A DNA stretch of 63,874 bases, the filler included, from Octopus bimaculoides (Eukaryota), in NCBI RefSeq assembly GCF_001194135.2. It is 6 parts of 4 records of this genome, joined end to end, with 100 filler letters (N's around TTAATTAATTAA, not from the genome) between each part and the next. Parts side by side here need not be neighbours in the genome. Positions count along the whole stretch, not along the records: positions 19,715 to 50,290 come from NC_068981.1; 5 more parts are not named here. The stretch is one strand, 5' to 3'. The translations under genes and the position numbers were made by a program. The notes beneath the pieces were generated by a model. It saw only the letters and a program-made list of their open reading frames with translations. It was not told the DNA's origin and ran no database searches. This document shows, piece by piece, positions 21,962 through 33,818 of the stretch (positions are counted from its first letter, which is position 1; each line of letters opens with the position of its first letter).

Positions 21962-24900
21962 TTTAAGTTTCTCTCTACCAAATTCACTCACAAGGCATTG
22001 GTCAACCAAGGCCATAGTATAAAACACTTGCCCAAGGTGCCACGCAGTGGGACTAAAATCGGAACCATGTGGTTGGGAAGCAAGTTTTTTTTTATCACAC
22101 AGTCACCTTTGCGCCTTAAAAAACAAACAAACAAACAATTAAAACACTCCAAACAACGCCACTGAATAAGTCTTCTCAATGAGAGTAGATCTGGAGCTAA
22201 ACAACAACAAAAACAACAGATACTCATTTTATAGATCAAGTTGGAATGATAAACAAAAATCGAAACCGACAGAGTTTTCAATCAGAACACAACAAGCTGG
22301 CGTAACTGCCTGGAAAGTCTTGCCGCCAATTCATATGCGAACCCAGGGGAGTCAACAGCCTCAGGGTGTGAAGACTTAGAATTCTCTAGTCTGGTGTTTA
22401 GATGCGCATTTAGCCTGCCAAAGTGGGATGGACTCTTAAGTCCTGGCGAATGCAACTAACCCAGAAGATGGTGAACACTTTGAGTAGAAAAGCATTTGCA
22501 CCAACATTCTACTATCAGCATTTCTAGTAAATGTAGTTGCTGGTTCTGCTGAAGCTTTCAGCATTGAAAACAAATCATCCGCGTAGGTAGTCTCACGGTT
22601 ATAATATTAACTGTTCCTCGAAACCAACGATATATAATATACATACATATATACACAGGGAGAGAGAGAGAAAGGGAGAGTGAGAGAGAAAGAGAGAGAG
22701 GGAGAGAAAGAGCTAAATAGATAGATAGATAGATATGTGTTTGGGTGTGTTTTACGTTATCTTCACCTTTAAAACTAGAAAGTTGCATGTAAATAACTCA
22801 AACACTGGAACAGATGGTAACCAGTTGTGCAAAATAGAGAGTGTGAGAGAGAGAGGGGGGAGAGAGAAGGAGGGAGAGAGAGAGGGAGAGAAGGAGGGGG
22901 AGAGAGGGAGAGAGAAAGGGAGAGAGAAAGAGACAGAGCGAGAGAGAGGGCTTGCTGAATCATGCTCACTCGGTGCACTACACCTCAAAGTTCTCCCAGT
23001 GTTGTTTACCCTATAATGTGTGTGTGTGTGTGTGTCTGTGTGTGTACGTGTGTGTGTGATTTATCGACGTTATAGAGAACAATTCTTTTCGTATTTCTTT
23101 CCACATAACAAAAGTATGTTTAAACAATCTAACCATTGACCTAAGGTAGATATTTCTCAGCTATTCTCTTCAGATGTAACTGGCAGCTTACTCTGATATG
23201 TGAACGGCTGATACGGTCGATACCTCCAATTTGCAATGTATTTTTGATACATTGGCATTAAAAAGAAAGGTGATGAGCACCTCTGGGCTATACTTTTTTT
23301 CTTTTAAAACATAACGCATTTAAAGAATGGAGAATTATCAGAGGTAAATCTGAGGATCAGCTTATGTACTCGATTGATGTAACATTTTAGTCCTGGGCTA
23401 AGAAAGTCGCTTTTTGCATGTTGGTACTGTAGTTAAACGGTAGGTCAGTAGACTTAACATCAGAGGTGTTCTAACTCTGTATATCCTAACCCTGCATATC
23501 TTTTATTTTTTACTTTTTTTCAGCTTTTCTTTTTTACTGCAGTCATGCCGGGGCATCGCATTGAAGGGTTTTAGTCGAACAAATCGACTCCAAGATTTAT
23601 ATTTTTTTAAAGCCCAGTACTTATTCTATCGGTCTCTATAGCCAAGCCGCTAAGTTACGGGGACATAAACACGCCAGTACCGATTGTCAAGCGATAGTGA
23701 GGGACAAACACAGACATGACACACATCTATCTATCTATCTTATTTCTTTATTGCCCACAAGGGGCTAAACATAGAGGGGACAAACAAGGGATTAAGTCGA
23801 TTAAATCGACCCCAGTGCGTAACTGGTACTTAATTGATCGACCCCGAAAGGATGAAAGACAAAGTCGACCTCGGCGGAATTTATTACACACCACATCACT
23901 TGCTGCTACTGATACTGTCTTTATCAGCCTCATCAGAAATTCATTGATGCTTTCCGTCACAATATACCAGAATGACCTGTCGTTAATAATACTTTTTTCT
24001 CTGAATTCTTGGATTATTTTCTGTTTTATATTTGATAAGGGAAATCTTTCCCGAAATATAATAGAAGCACTGAACAACACAAACAGGTAATACTCATCAC
24101 CAGGTTAGGCTTATGGCCAGTCAGTCCAGCCAATCCAGTCACTTCCTTCTGTTAGCTTTTTTTTTCTTTTTAGTAGGTTTACCATCGTCTATCGTTGGCC
24201 TGCCAGACCTGTCGCAACTTCACCATAATTTTGCTAGCTGAGCGGACTAGAGCAACGTGAAACGAAGTGTATTGCTCAAGAACTCAACACATTGTCCGGT
24301 CAAGGAATCGAAACCATAATCTTACGATCATGAGTCCAACGTCCTAACAACTAAGCTGCGTGCCTCCACAGAATCAATAAACAACCATTGTAATATCTTG
24401 TTCTATTTACTGGCATCACATTATATATTTTACCTAACTTTCCAACTGCATTGCTTAAAGGCTTTTTAAACATTTATATCATTTACTAATCCGTGAGTAA
24501 TGGAAAGTTCCTATATTTTGAACAATTGAAAATTGACACAAAAAGTTTGAAAATCTGCAGGGTAATTGAGTAATTTCTTTAATTATAGAAATATTCCACT
24601 TGTAAATATTATTGAAACGCAATTGATGAAGAAGTTACGATGCCTAATCACCTTCATAGGTCTAGAGCACATTTAAAAGAAGTAAATTCAGATATCTTAG
24701 CGATTCACAAACACTGCATAAAACCTTGCAGTCAACTCCATTTTGCCCAGCGTGCTAACGATTCTGCCCTACATATTTGAATATATTACCCAGTAATGTT
24801 CATAGAGGTGTTACTACCTTTTATAGTTACATAATTTCGTTTTTATAACAATATAGTTGGCCCGTGGTTCTGCTCTAGAGACCTGACTGAGATGGTTCGA

Positions 24901-25549
24901 AACTTAGCAGCAGGCTCATTACTTGTGTAGGAACGCCGTGCGCATGCGTAGTCTCACGCATGCGTGGAATTCAACATCCAAGCGTTTCCCGCTTTATTCT
25001 GTCTCTTTCGCGGGCGGCCGGCATGGAGCATGGACGTGTCAAGCTGTCTCTCTCCATCTTTCGAACTCACGCCAGACAGCTTACATTTACATACCGATGT
25101 CTCAACAACCATGTTCTCACACACAGAAGGCGTCTCAACAACCAAGAGTAAAGCTGTATATTTTCCACCATAAATAAATACTGTTGAGTTGATAGTTTGG
25201 AGTTCTGCGTTCCGTTCATTCTAATTTAATATAGGAAATTGGGTGTACACCTAATGGTGTATAACCAATTTCCTACACTTGTTACGGTCAACTTGTTTAT
25301 TACCAGAGGTATTTTGGGTACAATTGATAGATTTTTTTTTGTATTATTATTCATTTTTTGAGTTTTTGTTTGTTGCTATTGAATTGTTTTTGTGTTGCTG
25401 TTAATTTCTGAGTGTTAATGAACGAGTGTGGTCCTATCAGATATTTAGGACTTCTTTTTTTGTCCCTGTTATTGTTGTTGTTGCCATGTTAGACAACAAT
25501 AATAATGAACCACAACAACTAACAACAACAGTTCCAAATAATGGGATGC

Positions 25550-25830
25550 AATCACGCCAGGACCGGATTAAGACCCACAGAGGCCCTACGCACTTAAAAG
25601 ATCTTGGCGTCCCGATATATGTGTAATTCAAAATATAAACAATACTAAACCGTAAAAATAAATTTTTATTTTTCAAAATGAAACAAACCTAACAAAAAGA
25701 TTGAAGATGATGGTTATTTATATTACTTCCACTTTATTTATATTTGAAAGAGTTTCTGCTTTTTGTAATTGCAAAGCTTTTGATCAGATCCTTAAAATTA
25801 ACTTTACGTAGCATATCTGCTTCCATACAT
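25550..25830 (-). mobile_element. hAT transposase C-terminal (dimerisation domain) remnant with terminal sequence
   Basis: MEADMLRKVNFKDLIKSFAITKSRN resembles hAT C-termini (IE.DLL..IDF..II..FA..K.R). CAGGACCGGATTAAG terminal-like sequence occurs at ~25558. Confidence 0.5.
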
Positions 25831-25873
25831 AGTAGATGTGGTGTATGCGTGCGAGTAGATGTAATCGCCTTAC

Positions 25874-26275
25874 CTCGGTTTTCCTTTCGTCGACTGCGAG
25901 TCTGTCTTGCGGTATCCAATCCTTGAAGCTTGCCCCGACCCAAAGAACACCAGGAATAGCAGCTGCTTCTCCCAAACCTAGACCGTCGCTTAACACGTCT
26001 TGTCCTGACCACAACCCCGTTCGAAAAAGGCACGAATCCCGATCGAAGCTCCCTCTGCCCTTTTTCCCCTTCCGGTCAGCCTACCCAGACACTGACGTCA
26101 TACCACAGTAGAGATAAAGCATCCCGAATATTAATTTAGCAAGTTAAAAATTATTTCTTTTGTGCCTGAAACCATTTATCATTTCTCTGGTGCACCCCTC
26201 TTTCTTTGATACCCAAGCACGTGCTTAGTTTGCTTCATGGTTAATCTAGCGCTGAATCACGCTCGCCATCTTGTG
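25874..26275 (-). promoter_or_regulatory. Candidate promoter and non-coding first exon (possibly THG1L 5'UTR)
   Basis: CpG-rich unique sequence with a strong donor CCGAG/GTAAGG at 25873. ETS-like CCGGAAG at ~26069-75, CRE TGACGTCA at 26093-100, and YY1-like AAGATGGCG at ~26264-72. Confidence 0.45.
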
Positions 26276-28031
26276 TCCTAATACATTGGCTTTGCCTTTC
26301 GTTTGTACTGAGCCGAGAAAACAAATACTATTAATACAATAAGAATAGATTCAACTATGTTTTATCTATCCTTACTGAGTCCATCTTATTCTTGCTCCTG
26401 AGAGTTAATGAAAACAACAGTTATGTTATTGTTTTTGTTGTTTAGCCCTAGTTTGCTCTGACTGAGCAGACATATATCCAAAGACTTTCCAGCTATGACT
26501 ATTCTGTCTTTTCTATGTATAACACATTATGTTGTACAATGTCTCCTACTGTTTTATTAATGAGATTTGAGAGAGTTTTGGCTGTTGTTTCTAGCAAGTT
26601 GAGCGACCGCACTTACAGGCTCTTTCAATGGTTCGGGTGTCTGTAAAATAAAAAGATGCTATCTGTTTTATATTTCTTCTCTGCTGCTACTGCGGCTACT
26701 GCTGCTGCTGCTGTTGTTATTGAAGTTGTTTGAGTTTACTAAGATTTAACACAGTTTTATAGATAACATTTATAAATAAGTTTTAACATCATTTTATAAA
26801 TAACTTTCTTTAATTTCAATGGAATTTACTAATTACGTTTATGCCTTTTTTGCCTGTTTTTGTTTTACTTTTATTATTTATATTTATTAAATTTTTTTTT
26901 AAAGACTTATCTCGCTGATTCAGCCACGAAAAAGAAAAAAAAAAGAAAAAGAAAGAAATTCGTTTCTTTACATGCCATCTTCTCTTGAAAGTTTCCGCTC
27001 TGATCCTTACCAACATGGTGGGCAGGTCGGAAATCTAACGAATTCATTATTGGCAGATGTTAAGTCTGTGGCAGCTGGTTGAGACGATTGAAATTCGAAG
27101 TAACCACTGCATCGATCTCACCAATCGAAAGACAGGAGAGGCAAAGGTCATTATCATTCTCTTTGTATTGAGAGTAGAAAGAATTATCAATATTGTTTCA
27201 TTTACGCGCNNNNNNNNNNNNNNNNNNNNNNNNNNNNNNNNNNNNNNNNNNNNNNNNNNNNNNNNNNNNNNNNNNNNNNNNNNNNNNNNNNNNNNNNNNN
27301 NNNNNNNNNNNNNNNNNNNNNNNNNNNNNNNNNNNNNNNNNNNNNNNNNNNNNNNNNNNNNNNNNNNNNNNNNNNNNNNNNNNNNNNNNNNNNNNNNNNN
27401 NNNNNNNNNNNNNNNNNNNNNNNNNNNNNNNNNNNNNNNNNNNNNNNNNNNNNNNNNNNNNNNNNNNNNNNNNNNNNNNNNNNNNNNNNNNNNNNNNNNN
27501 NNNNNNNNNNNNNNNNNNNNNNNNNNNNNNNNNNNNNNNNNNNNNNNNNNNNNNNNNNNNNNNNNNNNNNNNNNNNNNNNNNNNNNNNNNNNNNNNNNNN
27601 NNNNNNNNNNNNNNNNNNNNNNNNNNNNNNNNNNNNNNNNNNNNNNNNNNNNNNNNNNNNNNNNNNNNNNNNNNNNNNNNNNNNNNNNNNNNNNNNNNNN
27701 NNNNNNNNNNNNNNNNNNNNNNNNNNNNNNNNNNNNNNNNNNNNNNNNNNNNNNNNNNNNNNNNNNNNNNNNNNNNNNNNNNNNNNNNNNNNNNNNNNNN
27801 NNNNNNNNNNNNNNNNNNNNNNNNNNNNNNNNNNNNNNNNNNNNNNNNNNNNNNNNNNNNNNNNNNNNNNNNNNNNNNNNNNNNNNNNNNNNNNNNNNNN
27901 NNNNNNNNNNNNNNNNNNNNNNNNNNNNNNNNNNNNNNNNNNNNNNNNNNNNNNNNNNNNNNNNNNNNNNNNNNNNNNNNNNNNNNNNNNNNNNNNNNNN
28001 NNNNNNNNNNNNNNNNNNNNNNNNNNNNNNN

Positions 28032-28344
28032 CATATATTTGATTTTGCACATAGTATTGTTCTAGAGAGTGTTTAAGAAAACATAAGAAAATTATAAGTT
28101 TGTTTTAAAATTTGAGATTACATAGACAGTATTTTACGTAGGATATGGGCAGTTCCCATGCGCACTAACTTTTGAATTTCTGCCATTTTGGGGGTTTCCT
28201 GCTATCTGAGCTAGGTAGGAAACAGCCCCTTTTGCTATCATTCCTAAGGTACCTATGACAACAGGTATTATTTTAGTCTTGAGGTTCCACATTTCGCCAA
28301 TTTCTATTTCAAGATCTTTATACTTGCTCAGTTTTTGGTAGGTC

Positions 28345-28346
<2 letters not shown>
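28032..28346 (-). mobile_element. R4/Dong-clade LINE 3' end, 5'-truncated at (TAA)n
   Basis: KLSKYKDLEIEIGEMWNLKTKIIPVVIGTLGMI...AEIQKLVRMGTAHILRKILSM* (stop 28118-20) is a typical RLE-type C-terminus. It begins directly at the TAA repeat edge. Confidence 0.8.
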
Positions 28347-28392
<46 letters not shown>

Positions 28393-28401
28393 GCTGTTGT
28401 T

Positions 28402-28436
<35 letters not shown>

Positions 28437-28457
28437 ATTATTATTATTATTATTATT

Positions 28458-28860
28458 AAAGTGAGAGAGCAGCGCATGCCATCAAAGTGACACTGAAGCC
28501 CAATATACCTATCATGACTACCCATTATTATAATTCGATGAAATCTTACAGCTTATTTTGCTGGGTATGATGGATAGTGTCAGCTGTCCACAGCCAGCAG
28601 ACTAAGGTGACACTTGTTTAATGGTCATGCTTAAAGAACCCTGCGAAGAATTCTTGCAGTTCCAAGCAATGCTGATTTTTGTTGGTGTTCTACCTTCACA
28701 TTTGTGCCTGTCTTTTTCAGCCATGTTGGTAGTTGAGTGCTGATACTTCCAAGTGCGCCAATTACTATTGGTACCACGCCTTTTCTCTTCATTGATCACG
28801 ACCTTCGTGCTTCCCACTTCAAATCGTCGTGGCTGTTCATTTTTTTTCTCCTTCTTTCTC
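28458..28860 (-). mobile_element. Second R4/Dong-like LINE 3' end (different subfamily), 3' end abutting (TAA)n
   Basis: VVPIVIGALGSISTQLPTWLKKTGTNVKVEHQQKSALLGTARILRRVL*, then a 3'UTR ending CTCTCACTTT-(AAT)n. Confidence 0.7.
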
Positions 28861-28876
28861 TTTGATCTTGTAGTAA

Positions 28877-29382
28877 CCGGGACGCGAAATTTTTTCCCAC
28901 GAGAGTTCCGGACCCCAGTAATGAACTCATTTGCATACAGCCAATCAGAGCTCACATTGACCTTGTTGTCAAGTTTACAAACACACTCAACAAAGTAAAC
29001 TCAAGACAAAGAACAGTGTGGTAAAGTCAACCGGTCGCCAAGTTATGCCCAATTTTAGAAGGGGACAAGTAATTAGATTTGCATCTATACCTATTATCGG
29101 ATTTTGTTAGGGCCCCATATGGTAAAGATGTGGATGGGAAAGATGTGCTAGCAACCCTCTCCCTTTACTATTTTACAACATATACAACAACACGAATAAC
29201 TGGTTGAAACAAGAACATGATCAAGAAGCATTGTTAAAAGAGAGAAGCATAAAATACGATAAGGTCCTTACCCAAGAGACCTTATCGTTATGTACTCATA
29301 AATTAGTTTGATAGTTGAGCTCTGACTAGCTATATGCAAATGAGGTCCGGAATTCTCGTGGGAAAGAAATTTCGCCACCGGG
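28877..29382. mobile_element. Fold-back/MITE-like element with ~70-bp terminal inverted repeats
   Basis: Arm 28877-28953 matches the reverse complement of 29317-29382 apart from an 11-bp indel and a few substitutions. No TSD is evident. Confidence 0.5.
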
Positions 29383-29467
29383 ACATGCTATGTCGATTAT
29401 CATGCATGTTCTTTCTTTTTTATTCACTACAACAAAGATGTCTGTCATTGCATCCCACAGGATTTTG

Positions 29468-29469
29468 CA

Positions 29470-29513
<44 letters not shown>

Positions 29514-29536
29514 CATTGTTGTTGTTGTTGTTGTTA

Positions 29537-29606
<70 letters not shown>

Positions 29607-29640
29607 CATCATTGTTGTTGTTATTATTATTATTATTTTA
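29468..29640. repeat. Compound (TTA)n/(TTG)n microsatellite
   Basis: Direct reading. Other long simple repeats include (GA)n ~8822-8955, (TCTA)n 32246-32330, (ACT)n 41068-41124, (TAA)n 49872-49945 and (GATA)n 51773-51850. Confidence 0.95.
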
Positions 29641-30889
29641 TGTTTGACTTTTGTTTTGCATTTGTNNNNNNNNNNNNNNNNNNNNNNNNNNNNNNNNNNN
29701 NNNNNNNNNNNNNNNNNNNNNNNNNNNNNNNNNNNNNNNNNNNNNNNNNNNNNNNNNNNNNNNNNNNNNNNNNNNNNNNNNNNNNNNNNNNNNNNNNNNN
29801 NNNNNNNNNNNNNNNNNNNNNNNNNNNNNNNNNNNNNNNNNNNNNNNNNNNNNNNNNNNNNNNNNNNNNNNNNNNNNNNNNNNNNNNNNNNNNNNNNNNN
29901 NNNNNNNNNNNNNNNNNNNNNNNNNNNNNNNNNNNNNNNNNNNNNNNNNNNNNNNNNNNNNNNNNNNNNNNNNNNNNNNNNNNNNNNNNNNNNNNNNNNN
30001 NNNNNNNNNNNNNNNNNNNNNNNNNNNNNNNNNNNNNNNNNNNNNNNNNNNNNNNNNNNNNNNNNNNNNNNNNNNNNNNNNNNNNNNNNNNNNNNNNNNN
30101 NNNNNNNNNNNNNNNNNNNNNNNNNNNNNNNNNNNNNNNNNNNNNNNNNNNNNNNNNNNNNNNNNNNNNNNNNNNNNNNNNNNNNNNNNNNNNNNNNNNN
30201 NNNNNNNNNNNNNNNNNNNNNNNNNNNNNNNNNNNNNNNNNNNNNNNNNNNNNNNNNNNNNNNNNNNNNNNNNNNNNNNNNNNNNNNNNNNNNNNNNNNN
30301 NNNNNNNNNNNNNNNNNNNNNNNNNNNNCCCGCATGCTGAAAATCACCCAATTTCCCAACCCAGCGCCGGCAAAACATAACCTCCTTGGTGGGGGTAAAA
30401 AATAACACAGCCATATGATTTTAAGAAAAAAAAACCCTTTAAAAACAGGAATCATCTGAAGCAGTTCACAACCACCAGCATCATCAGCAGCATCGTCATT
30501 GCTTCCACTTCAACCACATACACCGCCATCAATGTTATGATGACGGTTACCTTGACAGTCACTTTCACCACCACAACCAGTATAACCACTGCAATACCAC
30601 CATCACACAACTAACACTATCATCAACACCACTACTACCACTATCACCTCAGCATCACACATCACACCGCTCCTGTCGCCGTTATAACCACCGATACTAT
30701 TTTATCCTCCTCCCATACTTATCTCGACCATCATCATCATCAACACTGTCTCTAAACAGCAACGCCACCATAGGTTACGTGGAAACGATGTGTTTTCAAG
30801 GGAGATAATCAAAGAACGTAACATTGTAATACTTCATATAAAGTAAATATAACAAACGAAAAATCCTTCAAGAATCCATAAATCGCGCT

Positions 30890-31145
30890 CGTGAAATTAA
30901 CGTGCATGTAGCTGAGCACTCCACAGACACTTGTACCCGTAATGTAGTTCTCAGGGAGATTCAGCGTGACACAGAATGCGACAAAGCTGACCCTTTGTAT
31001 TACAGGTACTACTCATTTTTACCAGCTGACTGGACTGGAGCAACGTGAAATAAAATGTCTTGATCAAGGAAAGAACGCATTGCCGGGAATTGAACTCACT
31101 ATCGTGAGACTAATATTCTAACCACTAAGCAACGCTCCACCACAA
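30890..31145 (-). mobile_element. tRNA-derived SINE, second family
   Basis: Shares CTCCACAGACAC...GTAGTTCTC...GACTGGAGCAACGTGAAATAA...CCGGGAAT(C/T)GAA with copies at ~24.2-24.37, 46.1-46.26, 46.33-46.66, 46.9-47.09 and 62.28-62.64 kb. Confidence 0.75.
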
Positions 31146-31447
31146 ACTTTACCTTAAGTAGTAATTATATTATACATGATAAAACTAAAAACGATTATTA
31201 AAATATGAGAGCTCATCAGGCACAGGGAAGTTATTAATTTGCAATGTATAAAGTAAATTTACAACTTTTGTCTTATTTTTTTTTATCATATCATTATTAA
31301 AAGCTAATAATTCCATTTTTAGAGTAAAATTTGTAAGTTAGTTTAGTCGTGTTACGTCACTCGCCACTTAAGTGGGCACTAGGCATAACAACTACTTAGA
31401 TGGGGGCGCGCTACAGAAAAAGAAGGTTAAGAACCATTGCTCTCGAG

Positions 31448-31757
31448 CAGTGGTTCTCAAAGTGGGTAGTATTGCTCCCCTGGGGGCAGTGGAAAGTTTC
31501 AAGGGGGCGTTGAAGAAAAGTGGGGCGATTATGGGATAGCAGTTCATGTAAAATGTGGGGCAACAATGGGGTAGCGATTCATGTAAAAACAACAAAATAA
31601 TGGGGTCATTAGGTTAAATTTTATTTGTGAAATACAGTTGCTTTGAATTTACTTCAGAAAGAGGTCTACGTTTGTGATAGTTACTTGGGGTGGGGACACT
31701 AAGAATGTAGCCTGGGTGTCAAAGGGGAAGCAGCCCGAAAAAGTTAGGGAACCACTG
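31448..31757. mobile_element. hAT (Charlie-like) MITE
   Basis: TIRs CAGTGGTTCTCAA / TTAGGGAACCACTG with 8-bp TSD CTCTCGAG / CTCTAGAG. Confidence 0.85.
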
Positions 31758-31789
31758 CTCTAGAGCAAAGACGGAAAGGATATACAGCT

Positions 31790-32165
31790 GTATATGTCTG
31801 GAAGATCCTGATGGTACATGCATGAAACTTTCACATTGAAAGCCAAACTAATCCCCGAACAGGGCGTCACTGTATAGTACCAAAGATCCCATCATCCTTA
31901 TCCAGATTTAGCACCAGATACTGCAATAGCTTAGGGTTGAAAGCCTCACAGCTTTTCAATATCTTACTGAAAAACGTAAGAGATTTACATGGTGTGAATG
32001 TAGACGTCTTCTAAAAGCAATTGGACAATTCTCCTGCCTAGAATTCCAGACGGACCTGATTTATGATAAGAAATACAACAACTTCGAACTCTCTCATTCA
32101 CCAAATGCCAACTAAAGAAGAAGGGTCAGTAAAAGTGTAGCAACAATAATGGCGGTGCTCCAGCA
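31790..32165 (+). mobile_element. CR1-like LINE extreme 3' end, degenerate
   Basis: HCIVPKIPSS...YCNSLGLKASQLFNILLKNVRDLHGVNVDVF*KQLD resembles the CR1 ORF2 C-terminus. Confidence 0.55.
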
Positions 32166-32246
32166 TGGGTATTGGTGTTGAAACTTTCAGGTTCAAACAT
32201 GTGAAAGGTAAAAGATCTACTTATATACATACAAACATATACGCCC

Positions 32247-32330
<84 letters not shown>

Positions 32331-32331
<1 letters not shown>

Positions 32332-32404
32332 AAGGCAAAAGAGAGTCACTTACTGTTATAGTTTCTTCAATGAGAATATTGACCAAGGTTACCGTGGTCT
32401 TTTC
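32331..32404 (+). mobile_element. Tx1-family 3'UTR-only insertion directly after (TCTA)n
   Basis: AAAGGCAAAAGAGAGTCACTTACTG...TATTGACCAAGGTTACCGTGGTCTTTTC matches 55904-55962 and 58508-58533. Runs into a gap. Confidence 0.75.
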
Positions 32405-32903
32405 NNNNNNNNNNNNNNNNNNNNNNNNNNNNNNNNNNNNNNNNNNNNNNNNNNNNNNNNNNNNNNNNNNNNNNNNNNNNNNNNNNNNNNNNNNNNNNNN
32501 NNNNNNNNNNNNNNNNNNNNNNNNNNNNNNNNNNNNNNNNNNNNNNNNNNNNNNNNNNNNNNNNNNNNNNNNNNNNNNNNNNNNNNNNNNNNNNNNNNNN
32601 NNNNNNNNNNNNNNNNNNNNNNNNNNNNNNNNNNNNNNNNNNNNNNNNNNNNNNNNNNNNNNNNNNNNNNNNNNNNNNNNNNNNNNNNNNNNNNNNNNNN
32701 NNNNNNNNNNNNNNNNNNNNNNNNNNNNNNNNNNNNNNNNNNNNNNNNNNNNNNNNNNNNNNNNNNNNNNNNNNNNNNNNNNNNNNNNNNNNNNNNNNNN
32801 NNNNNNNNNNNNNNNNNNNNNNNNNNNNNNNNNNNNNNNNNNNNNNNNNNNNNNNNNNNNNNNNNNNNNNNNNNNNNNNNNNNNNNNNNNNNNNNNNNNN
32901 NNN

Positions 32904-32959
<56 letters not shown>

Positions 32960-32981
32960 ACATATATATATATGTATATGC

Positions 32982-33012
<31 letters not shown>

Positions 33013-33199
33013 TGTATGCATGTGACAGGCTTTCAGTTTCCGTCTACGAAATCCACTCACACAGCTTTGGTTGGCCCGAGGTTATAGTAGAATACACTTG
33101 GCCAAGGTGCCACGTAGTGGGACTGAACCCGGAACCATGTAGTTGGGAAGCAAGTTTCTTACCACACAGCCACGCCTGCGCCTATACATACAAAATGTA

Positions 33200-33252
<53 letters not shown>

Positions 33253-33306
33253 GTCTGTCTGTCTGTCTACATATATACATATAAATGCACAAGAGANNNN
33301 NNNNNN

Positions 33307-33360
<54 letters not shown>

Positions 33361-33521
33361 AGAAGATGAACAAAAGAAAGAAAACAAAGCAAAAGTTGTT
33401 ATAGGTAACCCGTGAACATATATGCTGTAATTTTGTATATGTTATTTCTTTAACATTATCTCTTCTCGGGTAGTAAGCAAGGTGGAGCAAGCTTACCCTA
33501 ACCCATACACCCCCGACACTC

Positions 33522-33669
33522 TGACGTCAGCGCAACTGGTTCCCAGAACCGCTGCCTGCTAGCCTGTGTTTCACTTTACTTTCAGCTGCAGCAGGACCTC
33601 AATCGTCTCTGTTCTTTAAGTCGGCAGTAGTACGTTTTATAGCATCTCTGCATCAGTATGGCTTCCAAG
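33522..33669 (+). promoter_or_regulatory. Candidate 5' exon of an unidentified plus-strand gene, possibly encoding M-A-S-K
   Basis: CRE TGACGTCA at 33522-29. ATGGCTTCCAAG (33658-69) is followed by a perfect donor GTAAGT, with in-frame stops upstream. A possible acceptor TTTACTTTCAG ends at 33585. Confidence 0.35.
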
Positions 33670-33761
33670 GTAAGTGATAAAACAGTTTGTTTGTTTTTTT
33701 TCCCTTTCATTTTTACGTCTATTTTTTTTTGTGTGTATGTGTATGCGTGTGTGTGTATGTA

Positions 33762-33818
<57 letters not shown>

